Assembly: GCA_002469975.1 (NCBI GenBank)
Contig: DKMG01000075.1
Coordinates: forward strand, 1 to 45,037
Reading direction: 5' to 3'
Source of the DNA: Proteobacteria bacterium UBA7420
GTDB lineage: Bacteria; Pseudomonadota; Gammaproteobacteria; Magnimaribacterales; D2472
Length of the DNA: 45,037 nt
This document shows positions 28,650-38,356 of the stretch, piece by piece. The stretch's first letter is position 1; each line of letters opens with the position of its first letter. The notes under the pieces are model-generated. The model worked only from the letters and a program-made list of their open reading frames with translations. It was not told the origin of the DNA and ran no database searches. The position numbers were made by a program, and so were the translations under genes.

Positions 28650-30244
28650 ACCCTTTACTGAAAATATCAAATCTATCTATAAATTTTAAGATTAGAAAAT
28701 CAGACTTTTCTGCAGTTAAGAATCTAAACCTTTCTATACATGCAAATCAAGTGGCTGGTTTGGTGGGGGAATCTGGCTCTGGAAAATCAGTTACTGCTAT
28801 GTCAATTATGAGATTGCTCCCTGAACCTAAAGCACAATTTTTACCAGACTCATCTATTATTTTTAATGGTTTGGATGTATTGCAAGCGACACCAAAGCAG
28901 CTAAGAAAGCTCAGAGGTAATGAGGTTGCTATGATTTTCCAAGAACCTATGACCTCCCTGAATCCCTTTCATCGAGTTGGGAGTCAAATCATTGAATCAA
29001 TCCAGCTTCACAAAGCTCAGTCAAAAGCTGAGGCTACCGAAGAGGCAAAGAAATTAATGTCACTGGTAGAAATTCCTGATGTAGATCGAAGATTTTTATC
29101 CTACCCACATGAATTATCTGGGGGACAGCGACAAAGAATCATGATCGCAATGGCTCTTGCCAATAAACCCAAGCTATTGATTGCAGATGAGCCAACTACT
29201 GCGTTAGATGTAACTATCCAAGCTCAAATTTTAGATTTAATGACCAGGTTAAAGGATGAAATTGGTATGTCTATTTTGTTCATCACTCATGACCTTAGTT
29301 TAATTGAGAGATTTTCTGACACTATTACAGTTATGCAAGAAGGCCGGGTAGTCGAACAAGGTATCACCAAAGAAGTATTTGCCGATCCACAACACGAGTA
29401 CACCAAGAAGTTAATCAATGCTGAGCCTTCAGCTAAACAAGAGAAGGCAGAGCCCGAACAACCAATTATGGAGGTCAAAAATTTAAATGTTTTCTACCCG
29501 CTGCCAAAGAAAAGTTTATTTAAGCAAGAGTTTTTTCATGCAGTAAAAGATGTGAATTTTGCCATTCCCAGGAATTCAACCATTGGCTTGGTTGGGGAGT
29601 CTGGTTCGGGGAAATCAACCCTCGGTAAAGCTCTTGCCAGTTTAATTCATTATGAAGGTTCGGTCATATACCAAGGAAATGAAGTTGGAAATTTAAACCC
29701 TAGAAAAGCTAAATCTTTAAAGAAAGATATTCAGATTATTTTTCAAGACCCATATGGCTCCTTATCTCCTCGCATGACCATTGGTGAGATTGTTGGGGAA
29801 GGCCTAGATGTTCATTTTTCCCTGAGCGCAAAAGAAAAAGAAGATCGGATAGCAGATTGCTTAAATGCTGTCGAGATTAACCCAGATCATCGATTCAAAT
29901 ATCCCCATGAGTTCTCAGGTGGACAACGTCAAAGAGTCGCTATTGCCAGGTCATTGATTTTAAATCCTGCATTTATGATCTTAGATGAGCCGACCTCTGC
30001 CTTAGATCGTTCGATTCAAATCCAAGTGATTGAATTGTTAAAAAAACTGCAAGAAAAATTTCAGCTAACCTATTTATTTATTAGTCATGATTTGAAGGTA
30101 GTGCGCTCTATGTCTGATTATATTTTTGTGATGCAGAATGGGGTAATTGTAGAGTCTGGTCTTGCAGATCAAGTATTCTCAAAACCTGAACAAGACTATA
30201 CTTATAAATTATTAAATGCAGCTTTAAAATATTCATCAGTCTAG
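28646..30244 (+). CDS. Fused double ATPase of an Opp/Dpp-type ABC importer (YejF-like)
   Basis: Two complete NBDs: GESGSGKS x2, LSGGQRQR / FSGGQRQR, and Walker B LIADEPT / MILDEPT. Each is followed by the oligopeptide-type C-terminal [10 protein letters not shown] / [14 protein letters not shown] overlap with the esterase gene. Confidence 0.85.
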   Translation: MNPLLKISNLSINFKIRKSDFSAVKNLNLSIHANQVAGLVGESGSGKSVTAMSIMRLLPEPKAQFLPDSSIIFNGLDVLQATPKQLRKLRGNEVAMIFQEPMTSLNPFHRVGSQIIESIQLHKAQSKAEATEEAKKLMSLVEIPDVDRRFLSYPHELSGGQRQRIMIAMALANKPKLLIADEPTTALDVTIQAQILDLMTRLKDEIGMSILFITHDLSLIERFSDTITVMQEGRVVEQGITKEVFADPQHEYTKKLINAEPSAKQEKAEPEQPIMEVKNLNVFYPLPKKSLFKQEFFHAVKDVNFAIPRNSTIGLVGESGSGKSTLGKALASLIHYEGSVIYQGNEVGNLNPRKAKSLKKDIQIIFQDPYGSLSPRMTIGEIVGEGLDVHFSLSAKEKEDRIADCLNAVEINPDHRFKYPHEFSGGQRQRVAIARSLILNPAFMILDEPTSALDRSIQIQVIELLKKLQEKFQLTYLFISHDLKVVRSMSDYIFVMQNGVIVESGLADQVFSKPEQDYTYKLLNAALKYSSV

Positions 30245-30246
30245 CA

Positions 30247-31908
30247 ATGACAAATAGAAAGTTTTCAAAAAATTTAGTCGATGGCCCTCATCAAGCAGCA
30301 TCACGATCTATGCTTAGGGGCGTAGGGTTTAAAACAGAAGATTTCTCTAAGCCATTGGTTGGTATTGCCTCTACTTGGTCAAAAGTGACACCATGCAATA
30401 TGCACATTAATGAGCTCGCTGATTTGGTTGAAAGCTCAATTGATCAATCTGGATGCAAGGGAGTGCTGTTTAACACCATTACAGTCTCAGATGGTATTTC
30501 TATGGGCACCCAAGGAATGAAATACTCATTAGTTTCAAGGGAAGTTATTGCAGACTCTATTGAAACAGTTGTGGGTTGCCTTGGATATGATGGTGTTGTT
30601 GCCATAGGTGGCTGTGATAAGAACATGCCTGGTGCTTTAATCGCACTAGCGAGATTAAACAGGCCTTCAATTTTTATTTATGGTGGCTCGATTCAGCCAA
30701 GCTCAGCCAATACAGACTATGTCACGGTATGTGAGAAGGTAGGCGAGTATGCAAAGGGCAGCATCTCAGAAGCAGAACTTATTGCTGTAGAGAAAATCTC
30801 GGTAAAAGGCCCAGGATCTTGTGGTGGCATGTATACCGCTAACACCATGGCATCAGCAATCGAGGCTTTGGGTATGAGCTTGCCTGGAAGCAGCAGTCAA
30901 GATGCTGTGTCTAATGATAAAAAGCTGGACTGTCAAAATGCAGGCTCTGCAATCAAAAATTTATTAGATCTAGATATCAAGCCCAGCGACATCATGACAA
31001 AAAAAGCATTTGAAAATTCAATTGCTGTCACTATTGCTTTGGGAGGTTCAACCAACGCAGTGTTGCATTTGCTGGCAATGGCGCATTCTATAGGCGTTGA
31101 TTTAGAGCTTGCTGATTTCACTAGGATTGGAAAAAACATACCTGTCCTAGCTGATATCAAGCCATTTGGCAGTCACTTTATGTCAGAGTTAAATGCTATA
31201 GGCGGAATCGCCCCTATGATGAAAACTATGCTTGCAAACAACCTGCTACATGGAGACTGCTTAACTGTGACTGGAAAAACTTTGCAAGAAAATTTAGATC
31301 AAGTGGCCCCTTATCCAAGCTCCCAAAAAATTATTCTTAACCCAGATGCGCCCATCAAAGATTCTAGTCATCTTAGAATTTTATTTGGGAATTTAGCGCC
31401 TGAGGGAGCGGTTGCAAAAATTACTGGCAAGGAAGGCACATTATTTACAGGCAAAGCCAGAGTGTTCAATTCCGAAGAAGAAGGGATGGAAGCCATTTTA
31501 TCGAAAGTGGTGAAGGCAGGAGATGTAGTGGTTATTCGCTATGAGGGACCTCAAGGTGGCCCTGGAATGAGAGAGATGCTTAAGCCTACCTCCGCAATCA
31601 TGGGTCAGGGATTGGGCGATCTAGTTGCTTTTATTACTGATGGAAGATTCTCTGGAGGAACTCATGGTTTTGTGGTTGGCCACATTAGCCCTGAAGCTGA
31701 GTTAGGTGGCCCCATTGCTTTAATTCAAGATGGTGATGAGATTACAATTGATGCAAATCAAGATATTTTAAATCTAAATATTACAGAGGCTGAGATGGAG
31801 CAGAGAAAACTGAACTGGACTAATCCTAACTCTTCTCCAAAAAGTGGAGTGCTGGCAAAATACAAACGCACGGTTCAATCAGCTTCAAAAGGAGCAGTCA
31901 CAGATTAG
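30247..31908 (+). CDS. ilvD: Dihydroxy-acid dehydratase
   Basis: Motifs [39 protein letters not shown] and TDGRFSGGT. 553 aa short form. Confidence 0.93.
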   Translation: MTNRKFSKNLVDGPHQAASRSMLRGVGFKTEDFSKPLVGIASTWSKVTPCNMHINELADLVESSIDQSGCKGVLFNTITVSDGISMGTQGMKYSLVSREVIADSIETVVGCLGYDGVVAIGGCDKNMPGALIALARLNRPSIFIYGGSIQPSSANTDYVTVCEKVGEYAKGSISEAELIAVEKISVKGPGSCGGMYTANTMASAIEALGMSLPGSSSQDAVSNDKKLDCQNAGSAIKNLLDLDIKPSDIMTKKAFENSIAVTIALGGSTNAVLHLLAMAHSIGVDLELADFTRIGKNIPVLADIKPFGSHFMSELNAIGGIAPMMKTMLANNLLHGDCLTVTGKTLQENLDQVAPYPSSQKIILNPDAPIKDSSHLRILFGNLAPEGAVAKITGKEGTLFTGKARVFNSEEEGMEAILSKVVKAGDVVVIRYEGPQGGPGMREMLKPTSAIMGQGLGDLVAFITDGRFSGGTHGFVVGHISPEAELGGPIALIQDGDEITIDANQDILNLNITEAEMEQRKLNWTNPNSSPKSGVLAKYKRTVQSASKGAVTD

Positions 31909-31909
31909 T

Positions 31910-32902
31910 ATGATAAATAGAAACTTCCCATCAACAAGGCTAAGGCGCACACGTTCCAAGGGTTTCTTGCGTGACTTAGTTGCAGAAAACAAGCTCTCCT
32001 CTGATGATCTTATTCAACCAATCTTTATAGCAGATCAAAAGGAAATGAATATAGAGATTCCCTCTATGCCAGGCATTTTTAGACATAGCCTTGATTCTCT
32101 GTACTCTGAGACTGAGGCTTTATTAAATGCGGGCGTTAAATCCATGGCCATTTTTCCAGCGATCGGTCCAGATAAGAAAAATGCAGAAGCATCCCATGCG
32201 TTTGATAAGGATAATATTGTTTGTAGAGCTCTCGAAGGCATTAAGCAAAGATTTCCAGAGATAGTGACGATTGCTGATGTTGCATTAGATCCATACACGG
32301 ATCATGGCCATGATGGGCTACTAATCGATGAAAAAATTGATAATGATCAAACCTTAAACTTGCTTTCAAAACAAGCTCTGCTGCTTGCAGAAGCAGGAGC
32401 AGATATTATTGCTCCATCTGACATGATGGATGGAAGAGTAAAAATTATTCGTGATGCCCTAGAGACCAATCAGTTTAAGGATACCGTAATTTTATCTTAT
32501 GCCGCAAAATATGCTTCTAGTTTTTACGGACCATTTAGAGATGCCGTAGGATCTGCTGCCAATTTAGGAAAGGGTTCAAAAGAAACCTATCAAATGAATT
32601 TTGCCAACACCCAAGAAGCAATGCATGAAGTTGCAATGGACATTCAAGAGGGTGCAGACGTAGTCATGGTAAAACCTGGTACAGCATATCTCGATGTTGT
32701 TCAAAAAATTAAATCAGAGTTTCAGATACCCACTTTTGTTTATCAGGTTAGTGGAGAGTATTCCATGCTCACCCTAAGCATTGAGAAGGGGTGGCTTGAT
32801 AAAAATGTTATGATAGAATCATTATTGTGTTGCAAGAGAGCGGGCGCAGATGCCATTCTTACATACGCAGCAAAACAAATCGCATCGGAGTTAAATTCAT
32901 GA
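31910..32902 (+). CDS. hemB: Porphobilinogen synthase (delta-aminolevulinate dehydratase)
   Basis: RLRRTR N-terminal block. Asp-rich (non-zinc) metal site DVALDPYTDHGHDG. Active-site MVKPG Lys. Start moved to ATG 31910, 1 nt after the ilvD stop. Confidence 0.92.
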   Translation: MINRNFPSTRLRRTRSKGFLRDLVAENKLSSDDLIQPIFIADQKEMNIEIPSMPGIFRHSLDSLYSETEALLNAGVKSMAIFPAIGPDKKNAEASHAFDKDNIVCRALEGIKQRFPEIVTIADVALDPYTDHGHDGLLIDEKIDNDQTLNLLSKQALLLAEAGADIIAPSDMMDGRVKIIRDALETNQFKDTVILSYAAKYASSFYGPFRDAVGSAANLGKGSKETYQMNFANTQEAMHEVAMDIQEGADVVMVKPGTAYLDVVQKIKSEFQIPTFVYQVSGEYSMLTLSIEKGWLDKNVMIESLLCCKRAGADAILTYAAKQIASELNS

Positions 32903-33225
32903 GTGACAATGTCAAAGAAATTACAGCAGCAAATTTTAATCTAGAAGTGATTGAATCAGAGATTCCTGTCTTGGTAGATTTTTGGGCAGAGTGGTGTGGC
33001 CCATGTAAGCAGTTGGCTCCAACAGTAGCAGAGGTTGCAGATACAGTGGTTGGCAAAGTTAAAGTTTGTAAGATGGATGTTGATAGCAACCAAGAGATTG
33101 CAGTTCAATATGGAGTTCGATCTATCCCAACCCTTCTAATTTTTAAAAATGGTGAAGTCACAGCTACTCAAATAGGTGCTATTAGCAAGCAACAATTGGA
33201 GGGCTTCATCGAATCAGAAGCGTAA
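32899..33225 (+). CDS. trxA: Thioredoxin 1
   Basis: VLVDFWAEWCGPCK active site. 108 aa from ATG 32899 (ATGA overlap with hemB). Immediately upstream of rho, as in E. coli. Confidence 0.95.
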   Translation: MSDNVKEITAANFNLEVIESEIPVLVDFWAEWCGPCKQLAPTVAEVADTVVGKVKVCKMDVDSNQEIAVQYGVRSIPTLLIFKNGEVTATQIGAISKQQLEGFIESEA

Positions 33226-33325
33226 ACCTTTGCATCTTTTAGGAAAAAGCACTATCATTTTCCCATCTTAGCTCGATAGCTACCAATCAAAATACTTTTT
33301 ACCCCCTTAATACAGGCCTCAATAT
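33226..33325 (+). promoter_or_regulatory. rho leader region, C-rich and G-poor (possible rut-like autoregulatory leader)
   Basis: Hand count over these 100 nt gives 27 C against 9 G. Located between trxA and rho, where E. coli has the attenuating rho leader. Confidence 0.35.
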
Positions 33326-34603
33326 ATGAATCTAACTGAAATGAAAATCAAGCCCATCAATGAATTAGTTGAGGTTGCTGAAGGCCTTGGCTTGGAAGAT
33401 GTGGGCCGGCTAAAAAAACAAGAAATTATTTTTAGAATTTTCAAGCAGCAAGCTAAAGAAGGTGTTGATATCTATGGTGGCGGAGTTCTTGAAATCTTAA
33501 ATGATGGCTTTGGTTTCCTGAGATCTCCAGAGGGATCTTATTGCTCCGGCCCTGATGATATTTATGTCTCACCCAGCCAAGTTCGAAAATTCAGCCTAAG
33601 AAAAGGCGATGAGATTCATGGAAAAATTCGCCCTCCAAAAGATGGCGAGAGATATTTCGCTCTAGTGTTTGTCGATACAATCAACACAGAATCCCCAGAG
33701 AAAACCAAGAAAAAGATTTTATTTGAGAACCTCACTCCATTATTCCCAACTTCACGATTAACGCTGGAGCTTGGAACTGGATCTGCAGAAGACCTTTCAT
33801 CCAGAATTATTGATTTAGCCTCACCAATAGGGAAGGGGCAAAGAGGGTTAATTGTTTCTCCTCCCAAGGCAGGTAAAACTTTAATGCTTCAGAGCATTGC
33901 CCACTCAATTACAAAGAATAATCCAGAGGTTGAGCTTATCGTGTTACTTATAGATGAGCGACCAGAGGAAGTGACTGAGATGTCCAGAACAGTTAGGGGC
34001 GAGGTTGTTGCAAGCACCTTTGATGAGCCGCCATCCCGCCACGTTCAGGTTGCAGATATGGTCATTGAAAAAGCTAAGAGATTGGTAGAACACAAAAAAG
34101 ATGTAGTAATTCTGCTAGATTCTATTACGCGTTTAGGACGGGCATATAATTCAGTTCAACCCGCATCTGGAAAAATACTTTCTGGAGGTGTAGATTCAAA
34201 TGCCTTGGAAAGACCAAAAAGATTCTTTGGTGCGGCAAGAAACTTAGAAGAGGGAGGCAGTCTAACGATTATTGCGACAGCCCTTGTTGATACTGGCTCT
34301 AAAATGGATGAGGTGATTTATGAAGAATTTAAAGGTACAGGCAACATGGAAATTCATTTAGAAAGAAAAATTGCTGAAAAACGTATCTACCCTGCCATTA
34401 ACATTAGACGCTCAGGCACCAGAAGAGAAGACTTGCTGACAACACCAGAAGAACTGCAGAGAATGTTTCTCTTGAGAAAAGTTCTTGACGGCATGGAAGA
34501 TGCACAAGCAATCGAATTTTTAATCGAAAGGTTGAAATCCTCCAAGACAAACGAAGAGTTCTTTAGTGCCATGAAGACTGGCGGCAATAGCAAGAAAAAA
34601 TAA
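33326..34603 (+). CDS. rho: Transcription termination factor Rho
   Basis: Motifs [14 protein letters not shown], Walker [18 protein letters not shown] and [14 protein letters not shown]. 425 aa. Confidence 0.96.
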   Translation: MNLTEMKIKPINELVEVAEGLGLEDVGRLKKQEIIFRIFKQQAKEGVDIYGGGVLEILNDGFGFLRSPEGSYCSGPDDIYVSPSQVRKFSLRKGDEIHGKIRPPKDGERYFALVFVDTINTESPEKTKKKILFENLTPLFPTSRLTLELGTGSAEDLSSRIIDLASPIGKGQRGLIVSPPKAGKTLMLQSIAHSITKNNPEVELIVLLIDERPEEVTEMSRTVRGEVVASTFDEPPSRHVQVADMVIEKAKRLVEHKKDVVILLDSITRLGRAYNSVQPASGKILSGGVDSNALERPKRFFGAARNLEEGGSLTIIATALVDTGSKMDEVIYEEFKGTGNMEIHLERKIAEKRIYPAINIRRSGTRREDLLTTPEELQRMFLLRKVLDGMEDAQAIEFLIERLKSSKTNEEFFSAMKTGGNSKKK

Positions 34604-35308
34604 TTATCTACTTGCTAGCTCTATAGCAGATTCGACCATCTCTTGATCATGAGGGCCTGACGCTACTTGGCACTGTTCTATCCCTTGGGATAAGGCTCTT
34701 TCTTGAATCCTTGATGAAGCGACCACAAGCCAAACTCTCTCCAAATCTATGCCTTGAATGTTTTTTACTATGGCTTCAAGGGTTTGAATGTTGTAGATCA
34801 AAATAATGATCCTTTTGCTTGTCATCACTTTATGCAGTTGATGGGCTTGCTCCTCTAGCACTTGATAGCATGAAAAAACTTCAAGTTCAGCTGATGTATG
34901 CTGCTGAAGTTGAGGCGCCTTGTCACCACAAAAGATTAAACATTTTTTGTATTGTTTGCTTTCTATCATCTGAGCGATCCCTGCTGAATCAAAACTTTGA
35001 GGCAGGATTGATTTAAGGCTGTATTCTTTTAATACTCTTTGGGTCGACATTCCTATAGCAATAATTGGGAGGTTGGCATTGGCGGGCAGATAATTCTTAA
35101 GGAAAGAGGCGCTGTATTTAACTGCTGACTGGCTAGTAAAAATAAGAACATCATATCTCTCTATGTTTTTTAATTTACTGAGGTCCAGCTCTGAGGGCGT
35201 AAGACATTCAATCCTTGTCATCGGCACATGAGAAAACTCTACACCGGAGCGCCTTAATAATGCATTGCTGTTGTCTGCAAGTGTAATCGGCCTAGTATTA
35301 ATAATCAT
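34604..35308 (-). CDS. hemD: Uroporphyrinogen-III synthase
   Basis: Directly after hemC (stop and start abut). IINTRP, YDVLIFTSQSAV pattern. 234 aa. Confidence 0.8.
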   Translation of the reverse strand: MIINTRPITLADNSNALLRRSGVEFSHVPMTRIECLTPSELDLSKLKNIERYDVLIFTSQSAVKYSASFLKNYLPANANLPIIAIGMSTQRVLKEYSLKSILPQSFDSAGIAQMIESKQYKKCLIFCGDKAPQLQQHTSAELEVFSCYQVLEEQAHQLHKVMTSKRIIILIYNIQTLEAIVKNIQGIDLERVWLVVASSRIQERALSQGIEQCQVASGPHDQEMVESAIELASR

Positions 35309-36220
35309 TTATGTTTGGATTAACTCTTTAGCCCCACTTTGTATAAGCTCCTCTTTAAATTGAGTCAAAGCAGACACTTCTTCTGTGATTGAGAATATTG
35401 CATCCCTTTCAAGGACATGGGAGCCATCTTGATTTGAGACTCGAACTTGCAAATGAAGGGTCTGATCAATAATTTTTCCTAAAACTGAAATAGGTGATAA
35501 GCAGCTGCCTTCCAAGGCTGCAACTATGTCTCTTTCCACTCTTGTTGCTCTAAAAGTATCTTGGCAATTAATCTTGGTCAGAACTTCTGAGAGGCCTGAT
35601 GGAACAGTAGCATTGCAAGTCTCTATGCCTATAGCGCCCTGAGAAGCTGCAGGAAGCATCTCACTTTCTAAAAAAACATGCATATTTTTATGTTTAATTT
35701 TTAGTCTATTGAGAGCAGCCTTTGCTACCACAAGACCGTCTAAATTTTCATCAACTATTTTATTAATTCTAGTTTGAATATTTCCCCTGATAGGCACAAT
35801 ATTTAAGCCTGGATAGATTGCTAGTAATTGAGATTTTCTTCTTGGTCCTGACGTTGCAATTCTATGACCATCCTGAAGATCCTTATAAGCCAATCCTTCT
35901 CTCAGAAGAATCGTATCCCAGCAATCTTCTCGCCTCAGTGTGGCGGCAATAGAAAATTCAGGCGCTAGTAAAGCTGGAACATCTTTTAAGCTATGCACAG
36001 CAATATCAGCTTCTTGATTGACTAAGGCGGCCTCAAGTTTAGAAACAAATAATCCTTTGCCGCCGATGAGATGCAGCGGCGATTCGTTTAAATCACCCTC
36101 TGATTGGATAGGCACAACCTCACATTTATAGTCGCTGCCCAAAGCCTGAATCAAGTCGATCACCTGATGTGTCTGCAGGAGCGCTAAAGGCGATACTCTT
36201 GTTGCTATTCTTATTTTCAT
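35309..36220 (-). CDS. hemC: Hydroxymethylbilane synthase (porphobilinogen deaminase)
   Basis: IRIATRVSPLALLQT, AVHSLKDVP, RGNIQTR and the C-terminal Cys-bearing LEGSC block. 303 aa. Confidence 0.93.
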   Translation of the reverse strand: MKIRIATRVSPLALLQTHQVIDLIQALGSDYKCEVVPIQSEGDLNESPLHLIGGKGLFVSKLEAALVNQEADIAVHSLKDVPALLAPEFSIAATLRREDCWDTILLREGLAYKDLQDGHRIATSGPRRKSQLLAIYPGLNIVPIRGNIQTRINKIVDENLDGLVVAKAALNRLKIKHKNMHVFLESEMLPAASQGAIGIETCNATVPSGLSEVLTKINCQDTFRATRVERDIVAALEGSCLSPISVLGKIIDQTLHLQVRVSNQDGSHVLERDAIFSITEEVSALTQFKEELIQSGAKELIQT

Positions 36221-36765
36221 TGCAAAATCATGAGCCTCACATCTCCGATAGTTTTATCCTTAAGGACGATTTGATTTTTACTTAGAGTAACTTCAGTCCG
36301 CTTATCAGTCTCGAGATAAACTTTTCCTCCTTCAGCAAGCAGCCCTCCGGTTTTAATTGAGCTCAGCAAGCCTTCATAATGCACTTGATCAAACGGCGGG
36401 TCTAAAAAAATAATATCAAATTGACGCTTATTAGTTTTCATCCATTTAATGGCCGCGCTGCATGCTACTTCGCTACTATGCGAATAACCCAGATGCTCAG
36501 CATTTTTTAGAATATTTTTAAACAAACTCTTGTCCTTTTCTACAAAAGTTACATGCTCAGCACCTCTTGAAAGGGCTTCGAACCCCAAGCCACCGGTTCC
36601 AGCAAATAAATCCAAGCAAGTTTTATTTTGTATTTCAAACTGCAGCCAGCTAAATAGAGTTTCCTTAGCTCTATCAGAAGTTGGTCGTAAGGTTGGAGAC
36701 GCCTTAAAAACTATGCGATAGCTCTTGTTTCTGCCTCCAATTATTCTTATGCTTGTCGTGTTCAA
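36217..36765 (-). CDS. rsmD: 16S rRNA (guanine966-N2)-methyltransferase
   Basis: IRIIGG, LRPTSDRAKETLFSWL, DLFAGTGGLGFEALSRGA and DPPF. TTG start, because no ATG lies upstream of the conserved N-terminus. Confidence 0.88.
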   Translation of the reverse strand: MNTTSIRIIGGRNKSYRIVFKASPTLRPTSDRAKETLFSWLQFEIQNKTCLDLFAGTGGLGFEALSRGAEHVTFVEKDKSLFKNILKNAEHLGYSHSSEVACSAAIKWMKTNKRQFDIIFLDPPFDQVHYEGLLSSIKTGGLLAEGGKVYLETDKRTEVTLSKNQIVLKDKTIGDVRLMILQ

Positions 36766-36803
36766 TCTAAAATTTTTTTTACAGAGTATAAATTATAACG
36801 CCA

Positions 36804-37268
36804 ATGCCAAAAGAACAATTTTTAATTGCTATGAGATATTTAGCAGCCTCTGTCAGTATTGTTTCGGCTAAGGATTCACATGGCAAGCCCCATGCTATGA
36901 CCGCTTCATCTGTAACCTCTTTAACGGTTGAGCCGCCGGCCATACTTGTGTGTGTTAACAAGCATGCCAGTATTCATGATGTCCTGAAGCCAGGATCTGA
37001 GATGTGCATTAATATTTTAAGTAATGCCCAGCAAGATATCTCTAATCTTTGCAGCTCTAAAGACTCTGATGCGAAACGATTTGATAATGAATACTGGAAT
37101 AAAGATGGAACACCATTTTTAAAAGAAGCCCAATCTAATATTTTTGTTCAAGTGGACCAAGTTATTGGCTATCATTCTCACTCAATTGTTATCTCCAAAG
37201 TATTGAATGTTTACAATGCAGAATCATTTAATACGTTAATTTACGCAGATGGTGGTTATTTAGAATAA
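36804..37268 (+). CDS. Flavin reductase-like (FMN-binding split-barrel, HpaC/RutF-type)
   Basis: FLIAMRYLAASVSIVSA....G.PHAMTASSVTSLTVEPPAILVCVN is the typical family pattern. 154 aa. Confidence 0.75.
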   Translation: MPKEQFLIAMRYLAASVSIVSAKDSHGKPHAMTASSVTSLTVEPPAILVCVNKHASIHDVLKPGSEMCINILSNAQQDISNLCSSKDSDAKRFDNEYWNKDGTPFLKEAQSNIFVQVDQVIGYHSHSIVISKVLNVYNAESFNTLIYADGGYLE

Positions 37269-37678
37269 TGCGCTTTTTAATATTGATATTTTTGGTTACC
37301 TTCAATGTTGAGGGTGCTCTTGAATACAGCCAAGGGTCGAGCAATGCCTCCCTTTATTTTATTTCTCCAAAACATCAAGACATTGTCGATGGAGAGGTAA
37401 GTATTCAGTTTGGACTCAGGAACTTTGGAGTCTCTCCAGCAGGAGTTGAGGTAGCTGGCACAGGACACCACCATTTAATTATTGATGCCGAGTTGCCACC
37501 GGCTAATCAACCCATAAAATCTGATAAGAATCATGTGCATTTTGGTAAAGGGCAAACTGAAGTTCAGTTAAAGCTTGAGCCAGGATCCCATACCTTGCAG
37601 TTATTGCTTGGTGACCATCGCCATCTTCCACATGACCCAATAATTGTATCAGAGCAAATTACAATCTTGGTTCGCTAA
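37268..37678 (+). CDS. Secreted DUF4399 domain protein (His-rich)
   Basis: Signal peptide MRFLILIFLVTFNVEGA. Signature GTGHHHLIID, HFGKGQTE, PGSHTLQLLLGDHRH. TAATG overlap with the flavin reductase gene. Confidence 0.7.
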   Translation: MRFLILIFLVTFNVEGALEYSQGSSNASLYFISPKHQDIVDGEVSIQFGLRNFGVSPAGVEVAGTGHHHLIIDAELPPANQPIKSDKNHVHFGKGQTEVQLKLEPGSHTLQLLLGDHRHLPHDPIIVSEQITILVR

Positions 37679-38268
37679 ATAATATCTGCTTGCACTAAGA
37701 ATTTTTTAACATCTAGCCTAACAAGCTCTATTGCTCGACCAGCGGAAGAATCTAGCTGTGCAGAATCTTTACGGAGAATTGCAACAAGCCCTCCTACCAT
37801 CGCCCAGGCTTTTATACTCTGACTCATTAACTCTTCCTCAGTAAGCTCTGGCTTAATTCCTTTCACAGCCTTAACTAACAACGTAAAGGCGGCCTCTGAG
37901 CTCTGAATTAAATCAGGATAATCACCAAAATATATACTGGTGTGATTCATTAAATCATAGGTATTTTGCTTCTCTAATCCAAATTCTAGATATGCTATGC
38001 CCATCTCAAAAAATTGCTCTTTGCCATCAAGACCCTTAGTTTTTTGAACTGCTTCCTCCATCCTTCTTCGGAGTTCATCAAACCCACATTGTGCAACGGC
38101 AGCCAGAAGGTCTCCTTTTGTTTTAAAGTGTCGATATGGCGCTGTTTGAGAGACGTTGGCTTCTTTTGCAATAGATCTAAGACTAATGTTCTCAAAACCA
38201 CTTTCTTCGCAACAAGCGCAGGCACTTTGCACTAAAGCTTCTTTTAGGTCTCCGTGATGATATTTCAT
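37675..38268 (-). CDS. TetR/AcrR family transcriptional repressor
   Basis: N-terminal HTH ISLRSIAKEANVSQTAPYRHFKTKGDLL. 197 aa. Divergent from the MFP/RND operon. Confidence 0.9.
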   Translation of the reverse strand: MKYHHGDLKEALVQSACACCEESGFENISLRSIAKEANVSQTAPYRHFKTKGDLLAAVAQCGFDELRRRMEEAVQKTKGLDGKEQFFEMGIAYLEFGLEKQNTYDLMNHTSIYFGDYPDLIQSSEAAFTLLVKAVKGIKPELTEEELMSQSIKAWAMVGGLVAILRKDSAQLDSSAGRAIELVRLDVKKFLVQADII

Positions 38269-38275
38269 AATGTAT

Positions 38276-38328
38276 ATTGTATGTTGACAGTGTTAACATT
38301 CATGTTGTATGTTGACATTGTTAACGTT
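38276..38328. promoter_or_regulatory. Tandem 25-bp operator-like repeats overlapping promoter hexamers in the tetR/pump intergenic region
   Basis: Unit A (38276-38300) is ATTGTATGTTGACAGTGTTAACATT. Unit B (38304-38328) is GTTGTATGTTGACATTGTTAACGTT. They share 22/25 positions in a 28-bp register. Each holds an imperfect inverted repeat ATGTTGACA-n-TGTTAACAT and a TTGACA hexamer. Confidence 0.6.
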
Positions 38329-38356
38329 AAATACTTTTTTGAACTTAGTCAAACTT

